From Tubulanus polymorphus (taxonomy: Eukaryota; Animalia; Nemertea): a stretch of 64,000 nucleotides of DNA. Positions 48,076-62,653 of this stretch are shown here, piece after piece (position 1 is the stretch's first letter; the number at the start of each line of letters is the position of its first letter). The stretch covers positions 3,100,001 through 3,164,000 of the forward strand of contig NC_134025.1 in the NCBI RefSeq assembly GCF_964204645.1. Direction: 5' to 3'. The translations under genes were made by a program, and so were the position numbers. The notes beneath the pieces were generated by a model. It searched no databases. It was not told the DNA's origin and worked only from the letters and a program-made list of their open reading frames with translations.

Positions 48076-49532
48076 TGTCGATTCTGTAGATTTCACGAAA
48101 ACTAGGCTGTAGTTTCTATCACGTGTAATCAGTGTCCTCTTAACAAAAAAACTCTAGTTTGTATCGTGGTGTATGTATGGAGAGAATTGGATTTCGATAT
48201 TTCTATCAATAGTTTGTCTTCTTCGCGGAACTGTAGACTATGGCGCCTTTGATACCACTCATCTTCCGTTCCTTGCGTATTCATATCGGTTTTCTCAACT
48301 CGACAAACCCAGTGAACAAATAGTAAAAATGAAAAAAAATATACCATAAATTTCGTATTTTTTTTATTCTGTAGCAGAACGGTTTGACATTTCAATACGG
48401 GTACATCAGTATTTACAAACCTCGAAAAAAGATACCTAAACCTTGTCAGTTTTCGATTAAATGCTTTAATTTTTACTGCAGAGAAATCTACCTGCAGTAA
48501 AGCAAGGACCAGAGATCTACCCGCTGGCAGGCTAGGATACATAAAGTTAAGAGCACTCACCACGATCCAGTTGCTTTTATAGATTTAAATCGTGGTGTAA
48601 TTTCATAAATCATATCTTCATTGATATATAAATCAAGGAAATGAACAAGATATGTTTAAGAGAATTAGTTTGTTTACTTCCTACTACCTACAGTTCCTGC
48701 TGTAATGACAGCACTCTTGCATCCAAACTTTTATCTAAATCTGATCATTTTATCTGATAAAACAATCACCTTTTGCAGTAAACGGGTTTATAATGATAAA
48801 AACACATCTCTACATCTGAAACTCCTAAATTCGTGCATCGATTTTAACCACACTAGTAACTTATGCCACAGAGGTTTTAATTGCCTTCAATTTTTTCTTT
48901 CAAATATTTTTCTATACACCTCGTTCTTGAAGTCACTTTAATTTCAGCTCATCTTATCTATATGTACAGTGAGTTAGGGGTGGATCCAAGGGGGGGGGCG
49001 GTTAGAGTGTCTCGACTCCTTGCTCCGTGTTCGAAAATTTTCTGATAGTGATCAATCATGATGAAACTAACCGCGATTCAAATCTTTATCATTTGCTGTT
49101 TCGGACTGAATGCGCCGCAAAATTTCATGGATGCTTTTCGAAGCCCTAATACAATAAACACCTCATGTTGACACTTTCAATCTTACTAGATATATTTCAT
49201 TACACCAGAGTCCATTAGGGTTGTATTATTTTTCGCCGGGTGAATATACAATTAAGGATTACTATGGTTCATTACTGATGTATAATTGCCGTCACTCTAC
49301 ATACCAAAGCACGGAAATACTGAGATATAGTTGTCCCTTCAAACCATTCAACATTTACTCGCGATCACGAAAGCTATTCTTGTACATATAAATACCTGTT
49401 CGAACCATAACCTGGCAGTTACCTAGCACTGTAAATTCAATGCGATTAGCAGGTGCTTGCAGTGGGACAGGTGAATGTCGTTGATAAATTCTTTAAGGAA
49501 ATCAAGTGATCTACAAGTAAGTGAAACGGAGC

Positions 49533-52500
49533 ATGCCGTCTGCAGCAGGGTCCAGTACAGCGAGGTCTGTACGGACCCCAGTTTTATCGAAATCGGCGAC
49601 GACGCCAAAAGGATCCGTGAAAAATTTACCAGTTATCGTACATCCGAGCGCTAGACTCGGTAGAAGAGGTGAACTCAATGTTAGAGGTGTATCTTCATCG
49701 AGTCGATTGAGTTGCAGCGTCGATGGCTCATTAAAAACGGAACATACGACGTATTCAGGATCGGCACCAGCTACTGCTAGAATTCATCAAAGTTGTGAAG
49801 AGCTTCCATCACTTGAAGTTAACAATAACTCAGAATCGAAACCTTTACCAGGTCTGTAAATAATACGTGCATATATTGTTTGTATTTCTAAATATATGGA
49901 AATTCTTTCTTTAGTTGTTTTTGGCTAAAATTATTGATCGGACAGTGAGGACAGTGAATGAAATTAATCTAAATTAAATTGTAGATTATCTGAAAAGTGA
50001 CACAACAAAACCTCGCAAAAAATTTGACACAATCGAAAATCAGACGAGCACCAAATATGGAACCGATGTTGTGAGTGTGGTATAACTTCATTACCAAATT
50101 CCTACTTTTTGTGACGTAACTGTTAATTTGTCATTTACATTCTTCGAACTGGTTAGACCGATGAAATATCGAATTAAATCCTTCTGTGCCTTTCGCAGTG
50201 GTTTATTAGACATTCATTATCTTTAAAATCGACGTGTATTTAACTACATGTCGTGTCCAAAACAACCCAGACAAATAATTTACACGGCACCAATTGTTTG
50301 TATTCATTGATAAAATCGACTGGTATTTATTTGTTCACATGTTTATAGGCTTTATAGTTGAGAATCTTATTTGATTAAATATGTCCTCACAAATCTGTAG
50401 AGGTGTTCAAGAGACCAGAGTTCGTATCTACATGTCGTACACGAATTTGATATTGCCTTCCAGAATTGATACCAACATCTGCTTCGCATGTTTTCTTGGA
50501 AAAAAAAACTTTAAAAAACCTCGATTATTTCAGACATCCCGACTTAAGAATCAGATGTCGTTTTATCATTCTGAAACTCTAAACTCTGTGTTTTTTTTAT
50601 TTACTGGAAGCTGTTTGAAGTCGTAAATGAAAAATTGACGTCCGGATTTTATGGAGTTCGTCTTCAGTTTCAAGCGAATGATTCGACTGGTAACGGAGCT
50701 GTATCACGTGATGCCTTGATGCGAATTATATCATCATTGTGTGGATACATATCGATTGAGCAATTTAATAATTTCCTGAAACGGTATATCAACTTTCAGT
50801 AAATATTCTATAAAGTCGTATCCACGAAGCTGAAATACAAATACATATTCTTTACATTTACAGAATCGGCCTTGAGAATGAAAAGAGTGTCAAATTTGAT
50901 GATTTTGCTTCAAACTTTAAAAATAACGAGGTGAGAATGAATTCACGTGTCAAGCGATAAATGAATTCTTTAGATGTATCAGTTGGACATGCAGCAATAG
51001 ATGAACGAATGATCTATAATTTCAGACTGTTAAACAGGAATGGTTGAATCCTGTTCAGAAAAAAGATGTCCAGAGTCTAGAACGAAATTTCAACCATTCA
51101 TCTGCAGTCGATTCGTCAGAATGTCTGTATATATCTGCTGGGTTTGCTTCACAAATACTGAAAGAAAAAGCCAGATCGGGGTAATATCTATAGGATATCT
51201 AATCGGTTTCTATGGTAGATACCAATGAATACGTTGTAACTCACGTAATTTCGACATTTTCAGGCAGTTGGATGTGAAAGACTTATTTCCGCCGAATTGT
51301 TTAGCTCCAGGAGGCCGAATCGTTTCACCACAGTTGCAAGTAGCGTGTCATAAGCTTGGACTCTTTCTTACGTTCGATGATCATGAAAAGCTGTGGGAAA
51401 GGTATGATATCTTTCTCAGGAAGTATCGTCGTGTTGTTTTATGTTTTCAAGGGTATAGGCTAATTGAAAAATCTATATTCTGTACGTTTTTAAAATTCAA
51501 ACTAGGTACGACCTGCTTCGTGTCGGGGCTGTAAAAACACGAGTGTTTTTTCACATGCTTGGATTAGACCCGAAAGGTAGACCGAAAATTGATAATGGAA
51601 CTGTGAGGACCGCAAAATCTGCTCCAATCACTAAAAGACCGATGGCTGAGAAGTTTCTTCCTGAGACAAAACATATTGAGCCAATGACAGAGGTATGATC
51701 AATGTTAACTACATTTGGTTTTAGTTTGTATTTCTTTCTGAACAATATTTGCAAATGTGAATGATATTCAGATCACTGTTCATATGGGTGTGGAAGATGA
51801 GATAGTCGCCGAGGAGAGAAGAGAAGAACTTAAAACTCAAGAGAAAACCGAACATGAACAGTCACTTCAAAATAAAAGGGAAAAGATGAAAAGAAATTAT
51901 CTAAAAGACGTCCCGAAACTCACGAACGTTGTGGACATGTTACATTATAAGGTCAGTTAACATTTCTGAGTTAAACATGTCGTGGATTCCTCGATATATT
52001 CTAAAGTCTTTCTTGCGTGTATTTAGTTTGAAGAAGGTTATAATTCGATGATGAAAACGTTCGAATATTTCGATGTCGTTAATGAAGATCTTATACCGAG
52101 GATAGACTTTCGTAGAATTCTTCGCGAATATGGATTTCCAATTTCTGCTACCGATCTGGAAGGTTTTCTCGCCAGGTAAATCCCGTCACGGTGCGTCGAT
52201 TTTATGGAAAACTAGCTTTTCATCGTTATTTATGTGCTTACATAAGGAAATGACTTGCATTTTCAGGATTGGTCTCCGAGCAGTGCAGGGTTTGGTGAAT
52301 TTCAGAAGCTTTCTTATGCGTTTTCAAAACAGATCGGAAACAAGCATACTAAATAGAGTTGTGGGAAGTGAATACCATATGTGAGTGGAACAATTTTGCG
52401 AACTCTCAAATTCTTTTCATCGAAATGCATTCATACATACATTGGGCATATTCATATATTTAGATTCCAGCAAAAAATGATCCCTTTGACTGAAAGCACG

Positions 52501-55491
52501 CTGACATCTGAAATGTTAGAGGCAAGACTGATTGAATATTTTCACGGGGATTTTCTAAAACTGTTAGGCATATTCAAGTAAGTTATTTTCTTCCAATTTG
52601 CGATTAAAGATCTACACATACTTTACTTAACGGTGATTCTCGATTATCAAAAATGTTTCAGGAATCGTGATAAATACGGAATTTCTTTAGTTGGAAAGAA
52701 TGAGTTTGAGAAAGCGATTAGTAAAGTTCTACGAATTGCTGTAACCAAACAGCAACGCGAAACTTTAATGAAAGTTGCCTGTCCTGATAGCGATGGACTC
52801 ATAGATTACAGCAGCTTCATGGCACTGTTCACAGGAACGTGAGTAAATCTAAAAAATTGGGACGTCTTTGTCATGAATTCAAAGAAGTAAGATCTATCTG
52901 TCTTTTAAAAGGCCTGGAAAATGGAACATGCATTCTGATCATGGTGTGATGCTACCAAAGGTGAATCATTTCCGAACACCACCTCAGTTGAAACAACTCA
53001 AGAGGCAAATTGAGAAATTTGAAAAGCAAACGGACGACCAAGAAGAAAATCCAGCAGCGGAAAAATTTGAACACAAAAAAGAGAATGAATCGGAAAATCA
53101 TACAAATGATACATGCCAAGTTAGCGGTGATGAGTTAGAAGTGACTTTTGAGAAAGTTGAAATGGATAAGACAAATGAAGAAGAGAAAAATAGCCCTGAT
53201 CCATGCAGTGAAAGCCTTAGAAAAGAAGAAGAGGAAACTCCAAAAGAAGAATCACTTACCATTGTTAAAACACCTGTCGTCACTAATAGCGACGGTAAAT
53301 CTGACGAGAGAAGTGTAGAAGAACTCACTGAAATTCTTAAAGACTTATTCAAAAACAGATTCCATAAATTAGATAAGGTAAAATATTGGTAATAAATCTC
53401 ATACGATTATTATTCTTTTAGTAGCTAAACAAAAACTTTTGGTTTTACAGTCCTTTAAGGCTCTAGATAGAAAACATACTGGTCGACTCGATAAAAATAT
53501 GTTCTCAAAGATGCTTGATGAGTGAGTATTTGTCATGATATATAATCATCTTTTATGTTACAAAAGCAGAAATGTTGATAGTGTTTATTGTTTCCTTTGT
53601 AGTTGTCATGTTCCTCTAACGAAAACTGAGCTGGAAAGTGTTTGGCAATCGTTGAGACTTTCGTCAGATGGCATGTTCGCATACCGTCAACTCATTTGTC
53701 ATTTTATGACGAATATTTACCAGCTTGTACCACCACCCATAAAAAATAAATTACCTATGGGTAAGATATGCAAACTGTCACATACCTGTGACTATATGAT
53801 AGAAACCCTATTTATCAAATTTGAAAATTTGTATTTATTTTTTGATAGAAAGCACCAAACCGATAATTGAAGAACTCCGAAGGATAAAGACGACCGGTAC
53901 GACCGCACGTGCCACAGGTCGCTTTCGGACAGGGGTTAATCTAAGAAAGTCTGGACCAAGCACATCTAGATCTATATCGGAATCTCTACCATGTTCGGGG
54001 ACACTCCCCGGCCCACTTTTCGAAACATTACAGATTCAGGTCAGATATTCAGAAGATATATACCGCCTATATCCATCCATAAATTATGCTAAACGTATTC
54101 CAACCCATATTGTAGGTTCTCCAGAGATGGGATCGACTAAAAGAAGCACTGAAAATAGTTGATCGCGAAGGGTATACAACCGTCAGAGTTGATGACTTCA
54201 AGGTCTGTCTGTGTCTCATTGATGATAATTTACCAATCTCACCTTACGGATGATATCAACAACGTCGGTTCATTTTTTTAAATGATATCTTTATTTTCTG
54301 GATGAAACCTTTATTTCTAGGAAATTCTTAAGCTGCTTGACTTCCAGCTTTCAGAAACAGACATTAATGATTTGTGTAATAGATACGATCTCCGAAAAAA
54401 TGGCAGGTAAAGTCGCTCGTGTACAGCGTGCATCCTGAGTTTCACTAAAATTCATTTCTGCCGTCGTATCTATATATGTCTTATGTTCTAGATTTCATTA
54501 TATGCCGTTCATGCAAAGTTTCGTGAGGCAACCAAAATCGAGATCTCAGTCATCGAAAGCAGAAATGTACACTAAGCTAACACACCGACTTCAGAAAAAG
54601 GTTGATATTGCAAAACACACGTCTGTTTATATTGTTTGCACAATTGATGTGTTTATCTGAATGATAGATTAACATCCACCTTATCAATGTCAATACAGAA
54701 ATTCAAAGAAAAACTATTATTAAAATGAGATAGTTCACGAGACTGTGAGAAAAACTAGTTTAGACTACGGTAATACTAATGAAAAGTGTTGAAAGGTTAG
54801 ATGACTAAATGACCGTTGATTAGAAACACGTTAGGAATTAGATTTTTGATTATAAAGCAAAACTGTAAATGTAGTAAGTTTATCTCCACAGCAAAAATCA
54901 GGTGAACGGATAACTGTTATAAAAGTAATGGATGAAATTAGAGAAAAGGTACCCTCAAAATATATCATAGGCTTCCCTTAGTGAACCCATACTTTATGTC
55001 CTTCCCCTTGCTGTATCAAATGCTTTTACTAAATGTGATGGACACGTGCTTATATGTTCTAGTTGTAGGTTATATATAATCATTTGGATGTTCTAACATT
55101 TTACTTCATTCTTATTTCAAAATCAAACAAACCGTTTTGTTCTCTGCTGATAAGACTGGTGGGTTTGTAAGGGATGCAGTGAATGACTGTCTAGAAATCA
55201 AAATTCTCAAATCCTTTCGATCGTGATATGCGTGATGGAACATTTGAAGATGTTATTCGTTATTTCTAATTACAGTTGGTCACCGATTGGAAAACACTTC
55301 GTCGCGCATTTAAGAAGATGGATTCGAACAGCGACGGTTTCTTGGAAATAACGGATTTCCAGAAGGTTCTCAGCTTGTGTAACATTGACGTCACTGCCGA
55401 TGACCTGTTCATTTTACTGTCAGAATTCGATTCAAATATGAATGGAAAAATATCATATGAAGATTTTCTCGACCAAGTTCTATCGGCGTAG
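49533..55491 (+). CDS. EFCAB6: Multi-EF-hand protein, EFCAB6-like
   Basis: Multi-exon gene with repeated EF-hand pairs: FQANDSTGNGAVSRDAL, FEYFDVVNEDLIPRIDFRRIL, DRKHTGRLDK, WKTLRRAFKKMDSNSDGFLEITDF...FDSNMNGKISYEDFL. Confidence 0.65.
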
Positions 55492-57231
55492 ATTTCTTAC
55501 TAATTAGAATTCCTCGTGGGACCGTCTCTAACTGTAAAAAACATCTATGAAATATTGTTTTTGTAATTCTAAGATGTCTCTTATTCTACAAACGGTCCCT
55601 TCAATAACACTGATACATTAGACAGCTATACCTGTGATAATTTTTTTTGAAACGAAAAAAGACAATAAATTTTTAGATATTATTTGAAGAATTCGTTAAA
55701 ACATATTTATTAGTTAAGTTTGTTCCATTATAATGTATAGAGCAACATTTTCTCATTTATCGGTTTGCTGAAGATTGAAGATCACCACGCGACCTTGGCT
55801 TATCAACCGCTACCCTTAGCGAGAGGCTAGTTCGAATAACGATGTCATTCAGGTCGCAGAATGACGAGTCAATCTTTAAATGGATATTGGAGTTTTACTC
55901 ACGAAAGAACGCGCTACCATTTCGCTGACGTATCAGAGGTATTACACTCTGCGAAACTCGTGTTTTCCCATCTTTATAATAATAGACAGGAAACAGATTT
56001 TATTCCACGTGATTGGGATTTGTTCTCACTACGCTGTTTGTCGGGAGAGAACGACATCAATAACTAAAATAAATCAAAACACATGAACAGAAAACCTCAT
56101 TTCAAAATTCTTTCCACATATAATAGGACGATTGGTTTTTTTGATAATTACCTCGTCGAAATTTGGAAATTCATTAGTTTCTAGTTTTGAATAAATCAAA
56201 TCGCCATTTTTGTAGACCTCAAATGACCCTAAATATTTAAAATATCATTCTTGATATACCTAGTACACTTCAATAACTGTTCCAGATATTGATCACATTA
56301 ATCCCTGATACATTACTGACCTATTACAGAGTATGATCCTGTTACTTGGCTGTCTTTATAACGTTCCAGAATGGCCAGTTTTAACTCTGTAAACTTCATT
56401 CCATATGTTTGTCAAATATAACTGAATAGTTTGGAAAAGATTGTATTCATTTTCTAATGTTCTGTTTGAAAACAACATGAAATGTTTAACAACATAAATC
56501 TTCCACATTAACTTACCAGTAATCAACATGAATATGTAAATCATTTTTGTCCATTTTAAAAAACTAGCCGGTTGTGTATTCGTTCTCTGTTTTTTGCTCT
56601 AGAAAACCACAAATATTGCTGATTTATGTGAGAAATCACTTGGAAAAAATATTTCATCGAGAAACGACCTCGAATAACGATATTCTTATATAGAAAGAAA
56701 AATAGCGTAAATTTAGATGAACATTTAGCAAAACTTACATTTCACCTTCCGCATGTGACAAAATGAGCCGTTAATATGGTATGCGATTCATTTATAGCAG
56801 GAGCCTCGTTTATTCTTTCATTATCAACGTGATATTTTGCAACAAATGAAACTTGTATTATTATTAGGAACAGATAGAAGGCTGAAACCTTTTATGTTTG
56901 CAGTAATCATTTTTTCGCTCGCCGGGCATACATTCGCATCGATTAGACGGAAATGGACCTGACAAACGCAAACACACACACAGAGTTGCATTTTGTAAAC
57001 ATGGGCATTATTCGAGGTTACAATTTACACATGAAACCATCGCACTTTCCTACAGAATAAAAACTAATTGAACACGCCACGTAATACTAAATACGAAAAT
57101 CAGTGTTTTAAGATTTCAGACACATTAAACAGATCTTATCAGTTCTCGCCAGTGTAATGGACTCGAGTGACCACTTTCCCACGATTTTGCGTATATAAAT
57201 GAAATTTAAGCTCGACTCCATGTACTAAATC

Positions 57232-58439
57232 ATGTTTAGATTCGCCGTATTCGCCCTGTTCGTGGCTGTTGCTGGTGCCGTTTCGTTAAAAAGCTGCGGT
57301 AGGAATTACACACCAGAATTACTAAAACTCTTCTTGATTTTCTTAATGTCTGATATTTCAAAGTTGGATGAATGATAACATGTTTTGCTTTGCTTTTTAA
57401 CTTAGGCAAGAATAACCTCGTAGATGTGAAGAAATTGAGCATCAACCCGAGCACCATTGTATTTCCGGGTAAATTGAACATAGATGCCGCTGCTATTGTT
57501 AACAAGGAAATCAAAGGACGAGTTGATGTTCAGGTCACTTTGAAGAAGAAAGTTTTGTTCGCTTGGGTGAAGATCCCATGCATCAGCAATGTTGGTTCAT
57601 GGTATGTAAACAGCTATCAAATCATTTTGCCCTCAGCCTTCGTCAATATTTCTGAATTCTGTTCCAGAGTTCAAGAATCAGAAAGAACTTATTTTCAATT
57701 CTATTGCTTGCTTCCGGTGTACAAATCAGCGATCACGCAAGCGTTTTGGCCCGGGCCAAACATTCACACGGGTTCCAAATTAGCAGTTTGACATTGAAAT
57801 ATGCCTCGACCCAAAACGTTCCACCAGGCCCGGACACAAGTTATTGAGTTTGAATGCCTATTATTTCTGGAAGTGACTCACCTCACATACCACAGTATCA
57901 TTTTCATAGCATTTTACTAACGAATGAGTGATTTTGCGTTTTCTAATTAGACACTGGCCAAGAGTTTGGTTCGGGCAAATTCCTAATCTACGTGTGGTCG
58001 CGAGGTTTCAAACATTTCGTTACATCACTTCTATTTTTTCCTTACAGCCTGTATCGTGATATTTGTTCCGAACTGAAGAAGTTCACCTGCCCACCTGAGA
58101 TGATCGCCCAGAACATACAATGTCAGTGCCCCTTCAAACCCGGTCCAGTCAGTTTCAACATGGATGGAATTGATCTGCCTACGATTCCGACCGGATTTGG
58201 ATCTTTTGTCAATGTATGTATAAAACAAGCTGTTCTAATTATAACTGGAACCAATTCCACTGATGTCGACACGATTTGATTCGAAAAATTTCCAATAAAT
58301 CAAGATTTAGCCTGATAAGATTGTATCAACATTTTCCATATATTTATTATTTTAGGGACAATACCGCGCTAAAGCTGTTATTCGTGCTGACGGTAAAGAA
58401 ATCGGATGTCTTGAAGCTGAAGTAAAACTGAAGTCTTAA
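57232..58439 (+). CDS. GM2-activator-like ML-domain lipid-binding protein 1
   Basis: Signal peptide MFRFAVFALFVAVAGA, SINPSTIVFPG, WVKIPCISNVGSCLYRDIC, CQCPFKPG, GQYRAK, EIGCLE; four exons; TATA at about 57193. Confidence 0.85.
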
Positions 58440-58991
58440 TTCATGTGTTAATGTCACAAAATGTTGAGAAAGAATAGATTTTTCATATAAAAGAATAATG
58501 TAGTCGTTTTAGTCATGGTTGTATCCAATCATTAAGCGCTGATCTTCATATCCGCTAATAAATCTAATAAACATTAATGCGCATCGGAGCGCCACTAAAA
58601 ACTGATAATCACAAATCTGAATGGATTTTAATTACTAAAAGATCAATTATTAAAATGATTTCAAACGCGAACAACATCACCAACACTCAATCAAAAACAA
58701 GAACGAAATTTCGACTTTTTAACTCATAAAAATTGTCTTCCGTAGTTTCAAAGGACAAGGCCGTTCCATTTGACAAGGTCGTCATAATCTGTTTTCAACA
58801 GTATTAGTCGGCATAATATACATAAATTGACTATTCAATTTTTACGGCGGTTATATTTTCTTATCATTTATTTACAATAATAACAGCTGTTCAATCATAT
58901 TTAAAATTCCCACAAAATGTGAATCCCCGCAACTATATAACTATACAACTTCGAGTACTTGAGGAGAAAGTGTTGAACTCAAACAAGCATC

Positions 58992-60012
58992 ATGTTGAAT
59001 TATGTCGTGATCGGGCTGTTGGTCGGGTTTGCCAATGCGGGCATGTATGTGAAGAACTGTGATGGTCAGTATAGTAATGAGTCAAGAAGTGATTTGAAAA
59101 TTGTTTCGTCGATATCGATATATCAATCGTGTACATTGTTCCAACAGTTTGTCGCATAGATAAGTGAAACATTATAGATCTATATGAAACTCATTTCATC
59201 CTTTTTTCGATTGATTTTATTATTGTGTAGTTTTTCTTTGTTCTGAAAATAACAAATTATTGTATAGGCCTATAATAATAAAACTGTGATAAATTTCAGA
59301 AAATAGACTTACTGACGGATAACTCATTGACACATTATATTTTGTAGGAAGTCAAAATAAACTGATTGACTTTTCAAAAGTTAGTCTTACACCCCATCCT
59401 ATCAAGTTCCCGGGTAGATTGAACATTGATGCATTAGCAACTGTAAACAGGGAAATAGGTGGTCAGATCGATGTCAAAGTGTCATTAAAGAGGAAAGTTT
59501 GGTTCGCTTGGGTTCCCATACCATGCATAAAAGAGATCGGGTCATGGTAAGAATCGCTGATTTACAGGATAAAAGTCGATACAACTGCCAGGAAATTTTA
59601 GATGATTCTACATTTCGTTTCAGCGAATACAAAGATATTTGTTCGCGATTGGAACAGTTTAGTTGTCCCCCTGAAGTCGTTGAACAGGGAATTCAATGCC
59701 ACTGTCCTTTCAAAAAAGGCCCGATGAGTTTTAACATGGACAACATCATTGTACCTTCAATCCCAACAGGTCTGGGGTTACTTGCTGACGTAAGAGATCA
59801 TATTTTCTATCAAACTTTGTCACATTCAATCAGTATAACACTTCATGTATACACTAACAGAGATACTAAACGACAAACTTCGCAAATCTGCTTTTCCCAC
59901 GGACACAGTTTTCATCTTCTATTTTCAGGGTCAGTATTATGCTAAAGCTCGCATCATGGCCGACGGAGTTGAAATCGGTTGTATCGAAGCGGAAGTAGGA
60001 CTTGACTCTTAA
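58992..60012 (+). CDS. GM2-activator-like ML-domain protein 2
   Basis: MLNYVVIGLLVGFANA, TPHPIKFPG, WVPIPCIKEIGSCEYKDIC, CHCPFKKG, GQYYAK, EIGCIE; four exons. Confidence 0.85.
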
Positions 60013-60458
60013 ATGACGACGGCTACTTCGATATCTGATGCTCGATATCTTAAGCAAATGATAGCTTATGTCTACAAAAAACATGTTTTTCATTTGAGAA
60101 AGAAACAAATGGATTTTGTCAACAAAATATGAATTTATTCTTATGAGTACTTAACGTGTGCAATTCTTTTTTCTTTATCATTGATAATCTTAGAGCATAC
60201 TGTGGCTTATGAATAGTAGCTTATATATTTTTTCACCCAGTTAAATCTTATATCATTCTTATTCTATCGATTTGAAATCATTCTGTCTTCGCGAGAATTG
60301 TAGTGGACGCGTAAATTACGGCCTATTCAGTAATTATCGCTACAATCATTTGATCAATAGTGAATTCATGTGCAGATTTATCGGTGGTCGACACTTATAT
60401 GTAATATTTAAGAATATGAGATGACTTTGTTTTGAGAAGTCAACTATTCGCAGACAGA

Positions 60459-61433
60459 ATGAATCGTCGATTGAACAGTAGTACCGGTGCTCTTGGTGGC
60501 TTACAGATCGGTAAACCATTTTTCGCTTCGATTCTACTCAACATTCTACCGGTACAAGCCCAGAAGGAACCGTTTCTTCGCATGTTCGCTCTGATTTCGC
60601 TACCGACGATCTACGGTGTCGGACTTCTCGGTAATCTATGTAGTTTATTTACGATGATGAGTGCACGTTTTCGCGGTCATTCCTACGCGAATTATTTAGC
60701 CGCTCTTGCTCTCGCCGATCTCGGCTGTTCGCAAGTATTTTTCATTCCGATTCCTAATTACATATTAGGTTATCCTTACATAACAATAAAACACGATTGG
60801 TGCGCCATATATACTTATATAATAAACATTCCATTTTATCTCGGGTCTTATCTAGTGGTTTTCATCGCGTTGGAACGACTTATTTTGGTTCTAAAACCAT
60901 TTACGGCGAGGATTCTGTGCACGGCAAAGTTTGCCCGGATCAACACTTTGTGTTTGACCCTCGCTTCAATGGCTATCCCTTCTTATAGCCTGTTTATAGT
61001 GAAATATGAAGATCATCTCGGATGTTACGTCAGTCGTCTTCATCAACGTATACATTTTCTATTCAGCGTCATTATGAAATATTACATTCCGGCCATTCTT
61101 ATCATCATCTTCAACATCATCATCATCGCTAATCTACAGAAACAGAAAGATTTCGGTTCGGGTGAAATGAAAAGCGCGCAAACGATGAGAATAACGATGA
61201 TGTTGTTGTCCGTATCGGCGATGTTTACGGCTACGACGTTTCCACCCGCTATTTCCAGCACTTTCACCAGTCTCATGAAAGAACGACCGAAATATATCAA
61301 TCGTCTGAACGCCATTACAAACCTCATGCAAAATTCAAACTACGCGACAAACTTTTATCTTTACCTTTTGACCGGCAAAGAGATAAGGGCACATTTATTC
61401 GATAAACTTAGAAGTTGCTGTCGGACAAGGTAG
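60459..61433 (+). CDS. Intronless rhodopsin-family GPCR, peptide-receptor-like (FMRFamide-receptor/srw type)
   Basis: Seven hydrophobic helices with GLLGN (TM1), YLAALALAD (TM2), IALERL (DRY position), ITMMLLSVS (TM6), NYATNFYLY (TM7) and a C-terminal CC. Confidence 0.85.
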   Translation: MNRRLNSSTGALGGLQIGKPFFASILLNILPVQAQKEPFLRMFALISLPTIYGVGLLGNLCSLFTMMSARFRGHSYANYLAALALADLGCSQVFFIPIPNYILGYPYITIKHDWCAIYTYIINIPFYLGSYLVVFIALERLILVLKPFTARILCTAKFARINTLCLTLASMAIPSYSLFIVKYEDHLGCYVSRLHQRIHFLFSVIMKYYIPAILIIIFNIIIIANLQKQKDFGSGEMKSAQTMRITMMLLSVSAMFTATTFPPAISSTFTSLMKERPKYINRLNAITNLMQNSNYATNFYLYLLTGKEIRAHLFDKLRSCCRTR

Positions 61434-61833
61434 GCTATACAATTCATTCCTGAAATTTTTCGTCGAACACATTGAATCCTTTGAGTAATCTCGATTCCCA
61501 CAAAGTAAAACACCGCGGCGGGTTTTCATCACTACTCATGTTTTGATCGGATTCATGGAAATCTATGTCTTCCACAATTTATTCGCGACATATTCAGAAA
61601 ACGGTTTTCCACACAGTTTCCTAATTTGAACAATTTCCAAATATTTCATTAGTTTTCGTATTTTCTGATGAGGTTTCCTATGTAATTAAATAGGCCTTCT
61701 TTTGTTCGAAATCCAACGAAATCCAATGAAAATCGTATAGGCTAGTCAATCATACAGTGCGCAGGATGAATTCTGTGGAATGAATGTTTGAAATAAAGGA
61801 TCCTCGGGCATAATGTGTAAAATGTTTAGAAAA

Positions 61834-62160
61834 TCAGTTTCAACATAAATGGAATTGATCTGCCCAATATCCCGACCGAATTTGGAACCTATGTCAACGC
61901 CACGAGCGATTATCTCAACAATTGCTCGTAGGTCAACGTATGTATAGAATATCCTGGTCTAATGATAACTAGAACAAATTCACTGTTGCCGATTTGATTT
62001 GATTCGAAAAATGACCGATAAATCGAGCTTTAACTCGGGCCTGATTAAATTGTATCAACATATTCCAGGGAACGATACTGCACCAAGCTGTTATTTGTTA
62101 TTAGTGTCGACGGTAAAGAAATCGGATGTCATGAAGCTGAAGTTAAACTTGAGTCTAAAT
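61834..62160 (+). pseudogene. 3' remnant of GM2A-like gene 1
   Basis: Matches 58149-58440 with insertions and a mutated stop region; the 5' exons are absent. Confidence 0.8.
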
Positions 62161-62653
62161 TCATTGTTAATGTCACAAGAAACTTGAGAAAAAATAAATT
62201 TTCGATTCAAAAAAAAAATTACGCTGTCGTTTTAGACATGGTTGTATTCAAATGTTAAGCGCTTATCTTCATATCCGCTATATAATAAACATAAAAGCTT
62301 AGAAGCTAAGCGCCTCTAAAAACTGATAACCACAAATCTGAAATTACTAAAAGATCAATTATCAAAATCATTCCAAGTGCGAACGATATCACATGTAAAT
62401 ATAGCCCGGTATATATGTGTGTATATATATATATATTCTGTTTTCAACACTACATGATCTTGATGGATAGTTGGCATAATATGCATAAATTGACTATATA
62501 ATTTTTCATGGCGCGGAAATGTGCTTATCATTCATTTAAATTAATAACAGCTGTTCGATAATATTCAAAAATCACATAAAATCTACCGATCCCCGCCACT
62601 ATATAAAGCCGAGTACACGATCGAGGAGAACGTGTTGAACTCAAACAAGCATC

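Noticed and set aside
48976-49030. aggggtggatccaaggggg hAT-like terminus
   Set aside because: No matching opposite end or TSD found.
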